A DNA stretch of 64,000 nucleotides, taken from a virus (taxonomy: Duplodnaviria > Caudoviricetes). The notes under the pieces were generated by a model, which saw only the letters and a list, made by a program, of their open reading frames with translations, was not told the origin of the DNA and ran no database searches. Every line of letters starts with the position of its first letter. Position 1 is the first letter of the stretch. The translations under genes and the position numbers were made by a program. Below, in pieces: positions 22,200 to 31,561 of the stretch. The stretch is from the IMG/VR virus record IMGVR_UViG_3300030098_006079; one strand, 5' to 3'.

Positions 22200-22445
22200 A
22201 TGGATCCGATACAAGCATTAGATATGTTAAATCAGGTTGTAAAAGGTATCAAGCTACCTTACAATGAACACGTCTTACTTGAAAGATCTGTAGATGTTCT
22301 TAAAGACGCACTACAAAGTGGTGGTGGTCAAGAACCTGCAGAGCTTCTAGACACAGATGAACCTGTTGTACTAGAAGATGAAGCCCCTAAAGCAACGAAG
22401 GCGAAGGCTAAAACCCCTCGTCGTGGCGGAAGGAGGAAGAAGTAG
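22200..22445 (+). CDS. Hypothetical protein with basic C-terminal tail (81 aa)
   Basis: ORF follows a late promoter; similar helix to the next ORF (YNEHVLLE vs YMEHVQLE). Confidence 0.6.
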   Translation: MDPIQALDMLNQVVKGIKLPYNEHVLLERSVDVLKDALQSGGGQEPAELLDTDEPVVLEDEAPKATKAKAKTPRRGGRRKK

Positions 22446-22446
22446 T

Positions 22447-22680
22447 ATGGCGAACATTAGTCAAGGTACCAAAGCACCCGCTGAAGCCCAAGCACAACCT
22501 CAGCAAGAAGGTGGGCAAGAGATTAATCTAGATGAGCTCAGTACTGAGCAAGCATTTGGGTTTATTACAAGCGCTGTAAGATCACAGCCGTTCACATATA
22601 TGGAGCATGTTCAATTAGAGCAAGCTAGAGCGGCAGTAGGAACAGCAATTGGACTCACTCAACCCGCTGGACAAGTTTAA
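22447..22680 (+). CDS. Hypothetical protein (77 aa), probable paralog of the upstream ORF
   Basis: ATG 1 nt after the previous stop; the track start at 22378 overlaps the upstream gene. Confidence 0.55.
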   Translation: MANISQGTKAPAEAQAQPQQEGGQEINLDELSTEQAFGFITSAVRSQPFTYMEHVQLEQARAAVGTAIGLTQPAGQV

Positions 22681-22702
22681 CATAGATTAAACATAATAAA
22701 TC

Positions 22703-22728
22703 AAAGGCTCCGAAAGGAGTCTTTTTTT
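22703..22728. terminator. Intrinsic terminator between convergent genes
   Basis: aaaggctcc-gaaa-ggagtcttt followed by a T run; A run on the other side. Confidence 0.8.
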
Positions 22729-23716
22729 ATGCTTCTTGATAAATTTCACTCGCTTCAAACTCAGTCATAAATGTTTTGATATCGAGTCTAGACTTATCCA
22801 TATTTTTAAGATATAGATGAGTCTCTTTTATTAGCTCAATATCATTTATTTTTTTATTAGCAGTCTCTAGCGAGTTATAATAGAAGGGATAATCTTCCCC
22901 TAGGTATTGTACTACAGCTGGGTGACAATTAACTAGAAGTGGAATGTTTCTTGATATACAATCAGTAACACCATTATTAGCGCTTGTGTCTATTAGATAT
23001 AAGAAACCAATTGTGTCAGTCATAAACTTATCAAACTCTTTATTCTCTAAATGCTTATGTACTATAACATTACCTTTAATTTGTTCACCAGTATACTCTT
23101 GCTTACGCTTAAACTCTTTCATTTGCTCATCATATATTTGATGTGCATAAGGTAATCTGCCTAACAAAACATTCTTAGGCATTTGAGTATCTAACAGCCA
23201 ATACTTTTCAAAGTCTCTCAACCAGTAACCTAAACAAGTAACTTGAGGTTTCGCTAAGAACGCATTCAAATTAAATTCATCTACATCTAATGGTGTTGGG
23301 TGTAGTAAATTTTCTACTAAAATATGATCAAATCCGTATTGTGTAAAAATGTATCTTATATGATCTTCTAAATCATCTGATAAGGTGAATATACCTTTAC
23401 AGTTTCGCATAGCTAATACAAACGGTAACCGGGCACACATATTAATAGGTGTTTGTTTGATGTCAAACGGTTTTGGTATAATCATTGGATTGTGAATAAA
23501 ACCAATCCAATCTTTTTTATGGTGAGGGAGTACTTGAGGCTTGTCGTTGTTAAAGCAATAGTCCCAATCAAACGTTCTTTCTATAAATTCATCTATTAGT
23601 ATATCTGCGTTATCATTATGGTATCGTTTTACCATACACGCATTGACCCAATTCCAGCCCGCTCGATGTATTTCTTCTTTAAATGTTTTTTTCCTTAGAA
23701 AGTTAAATTGCTTCAC
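22727..23716 (-). CDS. Putative GT-B-fold glycosyltransferase-like protein
   Basis: HRAGWNWV and FIHNP N-terminal motifs; C-terminal ANNGVTDCISRNIPLLVNCHPAVVQYLGEDYPFY resembles a GT-B donor-binding domain. Confidence 0.4.
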   Translation of the reverse strand: MKQFNFLRKKTFKEEIHRAGWNWVNACMVKRYHNDNADILIDEFIERTFDWDYCFNNDKPQVLPHHKKDWIGFIHNPMIIPKPFDIKQTPINMCARLPFVLAMRNCKGIFTLSDDLEDHIRYIFTQYGFDHILVENLLHPTPLDVDEFNLNAFLAKPQVTCLGYWLRDFEKYWLLDTQMPKNVLLGRLPYAHQIYDEQMKEFKRKQEYTGEQIKGNVIVHKHLENKEFDKFMTDTIGFLYLIDTSANNGVTDCISRNIPLLVNCHPAVVQYLGEDYPFYYNSLETANKKINDIELIKETHLYLKNMDKSRLDIKTFMTEFEASEIYQEA

Positions 23717-24105
23717 AATAACTCTTTATCGCGTCTTACACAATAATATGTATCTTTTTTTGTTTTATTAACAAGTGAACAATTATAATATAAACGCTCG
23801 ATTTTCTTCCACACTGCAGTACTATTTTCGTTGAGTAGATGAGAAGATCTAAATTCAGTAGCGCCAAGATCTAAACATTTTGATATTGTAGCAGTATAAA
23901 ATTGGAAGCCAAGATTTAATCCATGCAGCGCTGCATGTACATCAGAGTTAGTAACTGTAAATATTCTCCGACCATCTATTTTTTCAATATCTCCTTTTAG
24001 CTCTCCTTGTTCTTTTCCGCCTATTATTTCTATCAATTTTGATTCAAATGTCTGGTCATGTAGTTCGACATAAACTTCAAACTTAATTGTGGCTTGAATT
24101 ATCAT
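23713..24105 (-). CDS. Putative GNAT-like protein
   Basis: VHAALHGLNLGFQFY ... SSHLLNENSTAVWKK resembles GNAT motifs A/B in phage proteins. Confidence 0.4.
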   Translation of the reverse strand: MIIQATIKFEVYVELHDQTFESKLIEIIGGKEQGELKGDIEKIDGRRIFTVTNSDVHAALHGLNLGFQFYTATISKCLDLGATEFRSSHLLNENSTAVWKKIERLYYNCSLVNKTKKDTYYCVRRDKELL

Positions 24106-24127
24106 CGGCTGATACTAAAATTATTTA

Positions 24128-24358
24128 ATGATTCATTCCGACATACTCAACTCTTTATCTGACGAAGAAAAGGCTATGCTATTAGCTTGTGTCAATCACC
24201 ATACAGGCAAAGAGTATGATTATCCAGACTTGCAATATTTTAGGAGAAATGTTTTTAAAGAAATCCTGCAAAGCTATTACAAGATTATAAACGAGAAGTT
24301 TAAACCAGAATATAAAAAAATGGTTGATAATATTAACACAGCATTTAAATCATTATAA
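24128..24358 (+). CDS. Hypothetical protein
   Basis: 76-aa ORF, coupled to the next gene. Confidence 0.55.
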   Translation: MIHSDILNSLSDEEKAMLLACVNHHTGKEYDYPDLQYFRRNVFKEILQSYYKIINEKFKPEYKKMVDNINTAFKSL

Positions 24359-24873
24359 TGGCTTTTAGATTATTTGTTCTATTGGTATTATTGTTGTGTG
24401 GGTGTCAATCTAGTGATATTAATCAAGGTAAGGTTATACATCATGATGATTATAAACATTATTATGTTGTAAAAGAAGAAGGCCCAGATAAGGATATAGG
24501 TGAAAAGGTTGATACTGTTGCAGATAAAATAAAGAAGGTATTTAAAAAAGATCCTCCTGTTAAGTCAGCTACACCTACTAAGCCTAAAACAATTACCACA
24601 AATAAACCTAAAGCTGTTAAACCTATACAATTACCGAAAAGAAGAGTTAGAGAAGTTCAAGAAGTAACTAAACTACCTATTATTGTAGATGATACCAAAC
24701 TTATGCCTATGACAGAAGAGCAAGTTGAGATAGTTGATCTAAAGAATAATTTTGTTACTTCTGTTGCATATATTCAAGCAATTTTTATATTAGGGTTAGC
24801 TGGTTTTATATTTTATATCTATCATAAGAATAAAAAGAAGAAAATAGTTTCCGACAAAGTGTTGAAATTATAA
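24358..24873 (+). CDS. Putative lipoprotein/membrane protein
   Basis: Signal with lipobox-like LLCGC; C-terminal TM helix followed by a Lys run. Confidence 0.55.
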   Translation: MAFRLFVLLVLLLCGCQSSDINQGKVIHHDDYKHYYVVKEEGPDKDIGEKVDTVADKIKKVFKKDPPVKSATPTKPKTITTNKPKAVKPIQLPKRRVREVQEVTKLPIIVDDTKLMPMTEEQVEIVDLKNNFVTSVAYIQAIFILGLAGFIFYIYHKNKKKKIVSDKVLKL

Positions 24874-24899
24874 CCTAACTTTATCAATAAGAATATTAT

Positions 24900-25058
24900 A
24901 TGACCTACCTTGATCTTTTAGAGAAACTTCAAGCCTTAGACGAAGACCAGCTAGAACAAGACGTTGAAGTAGTTGGCGACTGTATTAGAGATGAATATTA
25001 CGACATCGATGTCCGGTTAGATGATGATGGATACACTGTCCAGATAAGCCTCACCTAA
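24900..25058 (+). CDS. Small acidic protein (52 aa, not in the ORF track)
   Basis: MTYLDLLEKLQALDEDQLEQDVEVVGD... fills the gap between flanking ORFs. Confidence 0.5.
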   Translation: MTYLDLLEKLQALDEDQLEQDVEVVGDCIRDEYYDIDVRLDDDGYTVQISLT

Positions 25059-25090
25059 GTTCTTGCATACCTCTGCAGATAAATTATTAT

Positions 25091-25324
25091 ATGCGTATGA
25101 ATGAATTCGAGTCCCTTGATGATATGTTAAATTATGTTTCTGATAATGCAGACACAATTCTTAAAAATGTTGATTACGACTCAGATGATCCAGAAGGTAT
25201 GAAAAAAGCACTAGAAATAAAAGCAATGCAAGAATTGCTAGATGAAATGGTTGCCGAAGGTTTGCTTAAAATCGTTGGTAAGAATGAGAATGGTGATGAT
25301 CTGTATCAATGCGCTGACGAATAA
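25091..25324 (+). CDS. Hypothetical acidic protein
   Basis: 77-aa ORF, coupled to the next gene. Confidence 0.55.
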   Translation: MRMNEFESLDDMLNYVSDNADTILKNVDYDSDDPEGMKKALEIKAMQELLDEMVAEGLLKIVGKNENGDDLYQCADE

Positions 25325-25560
25325 TGTACGTTGAATCTATTCTAATAAAAGATAAAGAACAACTCATCCCATTTGTAAATCTAATAAATGAAATTTGCGC
25401 GACGGGGCTAATAGAAGATGAATACGTTAGTGATTGGATAACTACTCATCACAACTTCTTAAATAAAACCCCTTTGGAAGAGTTTAATGATAATGGTATG
25501 GATAGAGTTTTAGATTTATTATCCCTAATTCATCTCGATGAAGCAGATGTAATTGATTAA
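25324..25560 (+). CDS. Xre/MbcA/ParS antitoxin C-terminal (DUF2384)-like protein
   Basis: DWITTHHNFLNKTPLEEFNDNGMDRVLDLLSLI fits the W-L-x7-(T)PL-x6-G-x2-V-x2-LL pattern. Confidence 0.45.
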   Translation: MYVESILIKDKEQLIPFVNLINEICATGLIEDEYVSDWITTHHNFLNKTPLEEFNDNGMDRVLDLLSLIHLDEADVID

Positions 25561-25987
25561 TATGGAAGTAGAAACGTTAAATAAAACATGGTTCGTAGAT
25601 GTAGATGGAACAATCCTACATCATCACACAAATGATAGCTTGGATAAACTTATCGAGGAGTATGGAGAAGATAGTTTTAAATATGAACAGCCTATTGTTA
25701 GTGCTGTAGAGTTTTTTCAAGATCTACCGGAAACAGATATCATTGTTATTGCAACTGCTCGCGAAAAGAGACACACCGATCATACATTAAATGTATTAGA
25801 ATATATTGGTATGCCTTTTGATCAATGGATATTCGAGTTAGGTGCTGGTCCTAGAGTTGTGGTAAACGACATCAAACCACCGGGCGCGGCTGGCAATAAA
25901 AGAGCTCTCAAGACAGCTTACGGAATTAATCTAGATCGAGATGGAGGAATTACATCAAAGCATCGTGCGATTGCAGCAAAAATTTAA
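25553..25987 (+). CDS. HAD-superfamily phosphatase
   Basis: Motif I WFVDVDGT, motif II IATAR, C-terminal [11 protein letters not shown]. Confidence 0.75.
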   Translation: MINMEVETLNKTWFVDVDGTILHHHTNDSLDKLIEEYGEDSFKYEQPIVSAVEFFQDLPETDIIVIATAREKRHTDHTLNVLEYIGMPFDQWIFELGAGPRVVVNDIKPPGAAGNKRALKTAYGINLDRDGGITSKHRAIAAKI

Positions 25988-25988
25988 A

Positions 25989-27170
25989 ATGGTAACAAAA
26001 ATAGGAACCCCGTTTACGAAGACTTCTACTTTAGTAATGCTATGTGGAAGTGGAGAGTTAGGTAAAGAAGTTGTAATTGAATTGCAGCGTTTAGGTGCTG
26101 AAGTAGTTGCAGTAGACTCATATGAGAACGCTCCAGCGCATCAAGTAGCAGATCATTCGGCTGTTATTGATATGCTCGACGAAAAACAATTGAGGGATGT
26201 CATCGTTAAATACAATCCTAATATTATTGTTCCAGAGATTGAAGCTATTGCTACAAATGTCCTGAAAGAAGCAGAAGAATGTGATCGTACAGTCATACCA
26301 AATGCTAGAGCAGTTCAACTTACTATGAACCGAGAAGGTATTCGGTCTCTTGTAGCTGAAGAGCTAGGTTTAAAGACTTCTAATTATAAATTCGCTTCTA
26401 CTAAAGAAGAGTTCACCGCAGCTGTTGAAGAAATCTCTTTACCTTGTGTAGTTAAGCCTATTATGTCTTCTAGCGGTAAAGGACAGAGTGTAATTAGATC
26501 GTTTGACGATGTACATACTGCCTGGGAATACGCTCAAACTGGAGGTCGAGCTGGAGCTGGTCGAGTTATTGTAGAAGAGTTTATTGAATTTGATTATGAA
26601 ATTACTTTACTCACAGTAAAGCATAACGACGGTATCTCTTTTTGTGAACCTATCGGGCATGAGCAAGTAGATGGAGATTATATTAAATCCTGGCAACCTC
26701 ATCCAATGTCTGGTACCGCGAGACAAAAAGCTGAAGATATTGCTAGAAGCGTAGTAAGCAATCTTGGTGGGTATGGTGTGTTTGGAGTAGAGTTATTTGT
26801 AAAGGGTGATGAAGTTTATTTTTCTGAAGTATCTCCACGCCCACATGATACTGGTTTAGTGACTATGATCTCTCAAGATCTATCAGAATTTGCTCTACAT
26901 GCAAGAGCTATATTAGGTTTACCAATCCCTAATATTCTACAGCTAGGTTTTGGAGCATCTCATGTTATTAAGCTAGAAGGTAAGAGTGATAATGTAACAT
27001 TCTCTGGCTTCGACGGTTTAAAAGAAACAGGTACTCAAGTGAGACTGTTTGGAAAACCTGGAGTAAATGGTTCGCGTCGTATGGGTGTTGCTTTAGCAAT
27101 TGATAATGGTTTAGGATATGCAAAAGAAAAAGCCGAACGAGTCGCACTCAGCGTTAAGTCCGAATTGTAA
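25989..27170 (+). CDS. purT: Formate-dependent phosphoribosylglycinamide formyltransferase (ATP-grasp)
   Basis: IGTP...[65 protein letters not shown]; start assigned to ATG 25989. Confidence 0.95.
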   Translation: MVTKIGTPFTKTSTLVMLCGSGELGKEVVIELQRLGAEVVAVDSYENAPAHQVADHSAVIDMLDEKQLRDVIVKYNPNIIVPEIEAIATNVLKEAEECDRTVIPNARAVQLTMNREGIRSLVAEELGLKTSNYKFASTKEEFTAAVEEISLPCVVKPIMSSSGKGQSVIRSFDDVHTAWEYAQTGGRAGAGRVIVEEFIEFDYEITLLTVKHNDGISFCEPIGHEQVDGDYIKSWQPHPMSGTARQKAEDIARSVVSNLGGYGVFGVELFVKGDEVYFSEVSPRPHDTGLVTMISQDLSEFALHARAILGLPIPNILQLGFGASHVIKLEGKSDNVTFSGFDGLKETGTQVRLFGKPGVNGSRRMGVALAIDNGLGYAKEKAERVALSVKSEL

Positions 27171-27388
27171 GATTATAGCAATTACTTGGAAAGACGAGAG
27201 ATGGTCTGCATCCCTAAAAGAGCTACAAGAAATAAACAAGCTGCTAAGAAAAAACGGCGAGCTAAAACGACCATCTCTCTTTCGTCGAATTATCAATATG
27301 ATATCCTCCCTGAAGAAGTAGATGGTCAAGATTATTTCGTATGGTTTTGGTAGTTGCTATATTCTCTAGAATCCTTATTATTTAAACA

Positions 27389-27832
27389 ATGACTTGGTAC
27401 GCAAATTCAGAAGGCCGACACGGAGCAAATGGTCGTAAAGGAGATCAAGGTGAAAAACTAGTAGAAGAATATTTTCTGCATAATAGTATAACTTATGAAC
27501 ATAAAACTGATATTGAAAGTCAAGTCCATAAAAAGATTGACTTTAGTGTTGGAGATAGAACCATTGATGTAAAGAACAATGTTTATAAAGGTTGGCATTG
27601 TGTCGAAGTAGGTAAGAAAAATGGATCTCCAGGTTGGTTATTTACATCGAGTGCTGATAGTATTTACGCAGTAGATTATGAGAACAAAAACATCTACTCA
27701 TATGATCTACTTGAGATGCGTAATCATATTAACGTAATTCGATGGGAGAAGAAGTCAGCTAAAATTACGAAGAATGGAGATCAAGTTATTTGGGTTAGCG
27801 TAAATGAACCTTTCTTTACTAAGCTACAATAG
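27389..27832 (+). CDS. PD-(D/E)XK nuclease-like protein
   Basis: GEKLVEEYF ... IDF ... IDVKN catalytic pattern; ends 1 nt before tRNA-Leu. Confidence 0.55.
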   Translation: MTWYANSEGRHGANGRKGDQGEKLVEEYFLHNSITYEHKTDIESQVHKKIDFSVGDRTIDVKNNVYKGWHCVEVGKKNGSPGWLFTSSADSIYAVDYENKNIYSYDLLEMRNHINVIRWEKKSAKITKNGDQVIWVSVNEPFFTKLQ

Positions 27833-27833
27833 A

Positions 27834-27920
27834 GCCAGTGTGGTGAAATTGGCAAACACAACAGACTTAAAATCTGTCGCCCTTTTGGGCTTGTCGGTTC
27901 GAGTCCGACCACTGGTACCA
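27834..27920 (+). tRNA. tRNA-Leu(UAA)
   Basis: Acceptor gccagtg/cactggt, anticodon arm acaga-CTTAAAA-tctgt, long variable arm, GTTCGAGTC T-loop, encoded CCA. Confidence 0.95.
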
Positions 27921-28023
27921 TTTTATGACAAAGAAACAATTAGTAGGAGTTTGGATATTAATACTATTAATAGTGATACTTAATTGCGTACTAGCAGCAA
28001 AGTATTTAGTATAACAAATAATT

Positions 28024-28968
28024 ATGGAACTAGTAACAATATGGATGGCGATAGGCTTCTTTCTAGCAGCTTATTCGGTAATAGCAAACGATTCAGTACA
28101 AACACTCGGAACTTGGATAGCATCTAATAACGAGAAGTTTAAATGGACTACAATGTGGGCTGGAGCCTCTATTGTCCTTCTATTCACTCTGTGGTATGGT
28201 TGGGCAGTTAATGGAGGAGATATCTCATATGGTAGGTTAACTAAGATACCTTTTGTAGATATACAATGGTATCATGCATTAGCACCAGCAATACTAGTAT
28301 TACTTACTCGTATAGGTGTGCCTGTTAGTACTTCATTTTTAGTATTATCGGCATTCGCTTCTACGGTTGTATTAGAGAAGATGCTTTTAAAATCTATTGC
28401 TGGTTATGCAGTAGCTGCAGTAGCTGCTTATTCTATTTGGCTTGTGTTGTCTAAGCTTCTTGATGAGAGTAAAGATGTTAACATTAAACATGAAACATTT
28501 TGGAGAGTAGCTCAATGGGCTACAACTGGCTTTTTATGGTTTACTTGGCTGTCTCATGATATGGCTAACATTGCAGTATTTCTACCTAGAGAAGTACCCG
28601 CTGATCTAATGATCCTTATTTCCATTATCTTTGTAGCAGGGTTAGCATTTATGTTCAAAGAGAAGGGTGGTAAGATTCAAGAGATTGTTCTTAACAAAAG
28701 CAGTACGAAGTTTATTAGGTCAGCTTGTATTATTGATACAGTTTATTGGATCATATTATTCATCTTTAAAGAAATTAATAATATACCGATGAGTACTACA
28801 TGGGTGTTTGTTGGTTTGTTGACTGGAAGAGAGTTAGCGATTGCAGCTGCATCTAAAAAGAGAAAAGCAAAACAAGTCTTTCCTCTTGTAGCAAAAGACT
28901 TCGGTAGAATGATGATTGGTTTATGCGCATCCGTAGTTGTAGTTATTGTTGTGCATCATTTGAAATAA
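28024..28968 (+). CDS. PiT-family-like phosphate/anion permease
   Basis: Multi-TM protein; AYSVIANDSVQTLGT and SHDMANIA (paired ND motifs), PVSTSF and PMSTTW repeats. Confidence 0.65.
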   Translation: MELVTIWMAIGFFLAAYSVIANDSVQTLGTWIASNNEKFKWTTMWAGASIVLLFTLWYGWAVNGGDISYGRLTKIPFVDIQWYHALAPAILVLLTRIGVPVSTSFLVLSAFASTVVLEKMLLKSIAGYAVAAVAAYSIWLVLSKLLDESKDVNIKHETFWRVAQWATTGFLWFTWLSHDMANIAVFLPREVPADLMILISIIFVAGLAFMFKEKGGKIQEIVLNKSSTKFIRSACIIDTVYWIILFIFKEINNIPMSTTWVFVGLLTGRELAIAAASKKRKAKQVFPLVAKDFGRMMIGLCASVVVVIVVHHLK

Positions 28969-28993
28969 AAGACAACGTACATAATTAATTAAA

Positions 28994-29365
28994 ATGAAAG
29001 TAAGACATAAGAGATATGGAGCTGTAACAAATAAAAATTGGGGTAATGTTATTAAGATTGTTGATAATGAAGAAAATAATTACAGCGGTAGAATTATAAA
29101 TTTGAATCAAAATCAAATGACCTCTACTCATTTTCATTCTAAGAAACATAAAACAATATATGTCTTGCAAGGTACTCTTACAATTGAAATTATTGAACCT
29201 ACAAACGGAGAAACTATTTCATTTGATGTAGACTCGGAAGAGTGTTTTGATATTGAACAAAATGTTGCGCATCGTTTAATGGCTAAAGATGGTGGAGTTA
29301 CCGCCATTGAAATTAGTACTTTTCATCATGATGAAGATGTATACAGAGTATCTCCTGCACTGTAA
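28994..29365 (+). CDS. Cupin-domain protein (sugar isomerase-like)
   Basis: KNWG ... TSTHFHSKKHKTIYVLQG ... HRL ... EISTFH; paralog at 49086. Confidence 0.75.
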   Translation: MKVRHKRYGAVTNKNWGNVIKIVDNEENNYSGRIINLNQNQMTSTHFHSKKHKTIYVLQGTLTIEIIEPTNGETISFDVDSEECFDIEQNVAHRLMAKDGGVTAIEISTFHHDEDVYRVSPAL

Positions 29366-29370
29366 TACAG

Positions 29371-29446
29371 GCCAGTTTAGCTCAGTTGGTAGAGCACTCG
29401 ATTTGTAATCGAACGGTCGTCAGTTCGAATCTGACAACTGGCTCCA
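29371..29446 (+). tRNA. tRNA-Thr(UGU)
   Basis: Acceptor gccagtt/aactggc, D-arm TAGCTCAGTTGGTAGAGC, anticodon loop TTTGTAA, GTTCGAAT, encoded CCA. Confidence 0.95.
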
Positions 29447-29465
29447 TTAAATAATTAAAATTAAT

Positions 29466-29780
29466 ATGGAAGTATTGTTACCGTATTCTTTTGGTGTTGT
29501 GTTTGGTTGCTTCTTTATGTGGTCCTGGTTTAAGTGTCGAAAAAAACCAGCCATACCAAACCTCACCCATGTTGGTCACACATCGAAATTAAAACAGTTA
29601 TGGCTAATATGGTGCCGAACTGTTGATCATCGGATAGGTAAAACAGATGATGATGAGCCTCAAATACCTATCTTATCCCTAGAACAAGCTAACGTTAGTT
29701 TAATATTCCGCACGACTATTATCCTAATTAATGTTATAACTTGTATTTTTATTGTAGCTAATATAATACACAAATGGTAA
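29466..29780 (+). CDS. Hypothetical membrane protein
   Basis: Two hydrophobic segments. Confidence 0.5.
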   Translation: MEVLLPYSFGVVFGCFFMWSWFKCRKKPAIPNLTHVGHTSKLKQLWLIWCRTVDHRIGKTDDDEPQIPILSLEQANVSLIFRTTIILINVITCIFIVANIIHKW

Positions 29781-29786
29781 AAATTT

Positions 29787-29924
29787 ATGGCAAAGAAAAC
29801 TAATCCTACTAAACTAAGATTAAATGAAAAGAAAAGAATGAATGGTCGCCATTCTAAAAATAAAACTAGCAACCAAAAGAGCTCTAAACTTTATGTAAAG
29901 AAATATAGAGGGCAAGGGCGTTAA
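29787..29924 (+). CDS. Small basic protein ending KYRGQGR (45 aa, not in track)
   Basis: Intact ORF; the terminal motif is recurrent in T4-like phages. Confidence 0.55.
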   Translation: MAKKTNPTKLRLNEKKRMNGRHSKNKTSNQKSSKLYVKKYRGQGR

Positions 29925-29926
29925 TA

Positions 29927-30127
29927 ATGATAACCCGTCATAATCAAAAGCATATGAAAGTAAAACCAGTAGAAGAACTAAGACAATATGTAATCGAAAA
30001 GATGAGATCCGCAGACGATACATCTCTCGTTTGTAAAGCATATGAATCCTTATCCGGAAACATTGTAACAGATGAAGCTGAAGTCGAAGGAACTGGAGAG
30101 GATTGGGTTTATGTTTACGAGTCATAG
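29927..30127 (+). CDS. Hypothetical protein
   Basis: 66-aa ORF; weak resemblance to 33238..33438 (EELxxxxIxxxxxxxxxxxxVxxAxE). Confidence 0.5.
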   Translation: MITRHNQKHMKVKPVEELRQYVIEKMRSADDTSLVCKAYESLSGNIVTDEAEVEGTGEDWVYVYES

Positions 30128-30139
30128 TCGAGTTTAGAC

Positions 30140-30167
30140 TTGACTAGCTCTCTGGCTACGCTATAAT
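30140..30167 (+). promoter_or_regulatory. Sigma70-type early promoter
   Basis: TTGACT-16-TATAAT followed by the conserved leader tggtgttgtcagagATG. Confidence 0.75.
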
Positions 30168-30183
30168 CTTGGTGTTGTCAGAG

Positions 30184-31107
30184 ATGAAACTAAACATAAA
30201 CAAAACTAAGTTCGAAAAGATATCGAATATCGATGTCCCTGATATCTTTTACAATCGTCTAAAGTCTGGAATCGACGTAGTAGATAATGCTTTTGGTGAT
30301 GGGTTTCTCCCTTCTAGCACTGTTGTTATGAGCGGGGAACCTGGCACCGGTAAGACTACATTCCTGTTACAAGTACTCGAGGAGCTCGCCATTCGGAAAT
30401 ACAATGTAGGTTATGTTTCTGGAGAAGAATGCATAGAGCTGCTTAAGGTCAATTGTGACCGGATTGGTGTCAAGAATGTTCTGGCTTGTAATGAGACTAA
30501 CCTCAACTCCATCCTCAAACATATCCCGAGCTTCGATGCATTAGTCATAGATAGCTTCCAGTCACTGAATACAAACAAGCGCGGCTTGGCTCATGAGAAA
30601 GAATGTGTCGAGAAGATTTGCGCTGCAGCTAAGAAGCATCAGACTACTGTATTCATTATCTCTCATATTACTAAGACTGGTAAGATGAAGGGTAGTACGT
30701 TGTTGCCTCACTCTGTGGATGTGGTGTGTCATTTGACTCGTCATGATGACTTCGACGAGATGGAAGATAAGTCAGTGGTGCTAAATATTACTAAGAATAG
30801 ATTCGGCCCTACATTAGTTCGAGAGCTAAACTTCACTGCGCGCGGTTATGATTGGACTACAGTCAAGGAAGTAAAAGCAGAGAATACAGCAGCACCGAAG
30901 AGTCAGCGTATCAAGTCTGAGACAACTACGATCAAGCAACTTGCAGAAAAGATTAAGGATGGTAAGTTTAGCATTGACGAAGTGACCAAGAAGATCAAAA
31001 ACAAACCTCGCGCATATTATGTGTTGAAAAAACTTCGGGATGATGGTATAATTGTTGAAGCTAATAAAGCTGGTAAGAGTAAGACTCACTACACATTCAA
31101 GAAGTAA
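30184..31107 (+). CDS. RadA/Sms-like RecA-fold ATPase with C-terminal HTH-like domain
   Basis: Walker A GEPGTGKT, YVSGEE, Walker B VIDSFQ, HITKxG...GSTLLPHxVD, KNRFGP; start moved to ATG 30184 after the promoter. Confidence 0.8.
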   Translation: MKLNINKTKFEKISNIDVPDIFYNRLKSGIDVVDNAFGDGFLPSSTVVMSGEPGTGKTTFLLQVLEELAIRKYNVGYVSGEECIELLKVNCDRIGVKNVLACNETNLNSILKHIPSFDALVIDSFQSLNTNKRGLAHEKECVEKICAAAKKHQTTVFIISHITKTGKMKGSTLLPHSVDVVCHLTRHDDFDEMEDKSVVLNITKNRFGPTLVRELNFTARGYDWTTVKEVKAENTAAPKSQRIKSETTTIKQLAEKIKDGKFSIDEVTKKIKNKPRAYYVLKKLRDDGIIVEANKAGKSKTHYTFKK

Positions 31108-31550
31108 TGCAAACGTTTCTACCATATAACAATTTCTATCAGAGTGCAAAAGTACTAGACCAGAAGCGTCTAGGGAAGCAGAGAGTAGAAGTACTTCAAT
31201 TGCTTAACTCTATCAAAGCATCGAAAGAAGATAGACCGTATAGAGGTTGGAAGAATCATCCATGTCGCAATATGTGGTACCTCAAAGGTAAACATGACTA
31301 CGCTAACGCATTAGTCTACTACGGCCAAGCAGTATGTAAAGCTTGGAAAGAGCGCGGGTATAAAGATACTTGCTATGAGAAAATATCTGCTCTTTATGAT
31401 CATTCGAAAAAGTTAGTATTTCCTCCGTGGTTAGGTGTTCATAAACTTCATGAGTCCCATCGTAGTATGTTGACTCAGAAAGATAGTAGCTGGTACAGAA
31501 AGTTATGGCCTTCTACTCCAGATAATCTAGAATATTACTGGCCCGTATGA
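31107..31550 (+). CDS. Pyrimidine-dimer DNA glycosylase-like protein (Pyr_excise/MSMEG_6728 type)
   Basis: MQTFLPY...LDQKRLGKQRVE...HP...W...HxSHRSxL...YYWP. Confidence 0.85.
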   Translation: MQTFLPYNNFYQSAKVLDQKRLGKQRVEVLQLLNSIKASKEDRPYRGWKNHPCRNMWYLKGKHDYANALVYYGQAVCKAWKERGYKDTCYEKISALYDHSKKLVFPPWLGVHKLHESHRSMLTQKDSSWYRKLWPSTPDNLEYYWPV

Positions 31551-31561
31551 TAAAGAATTTA

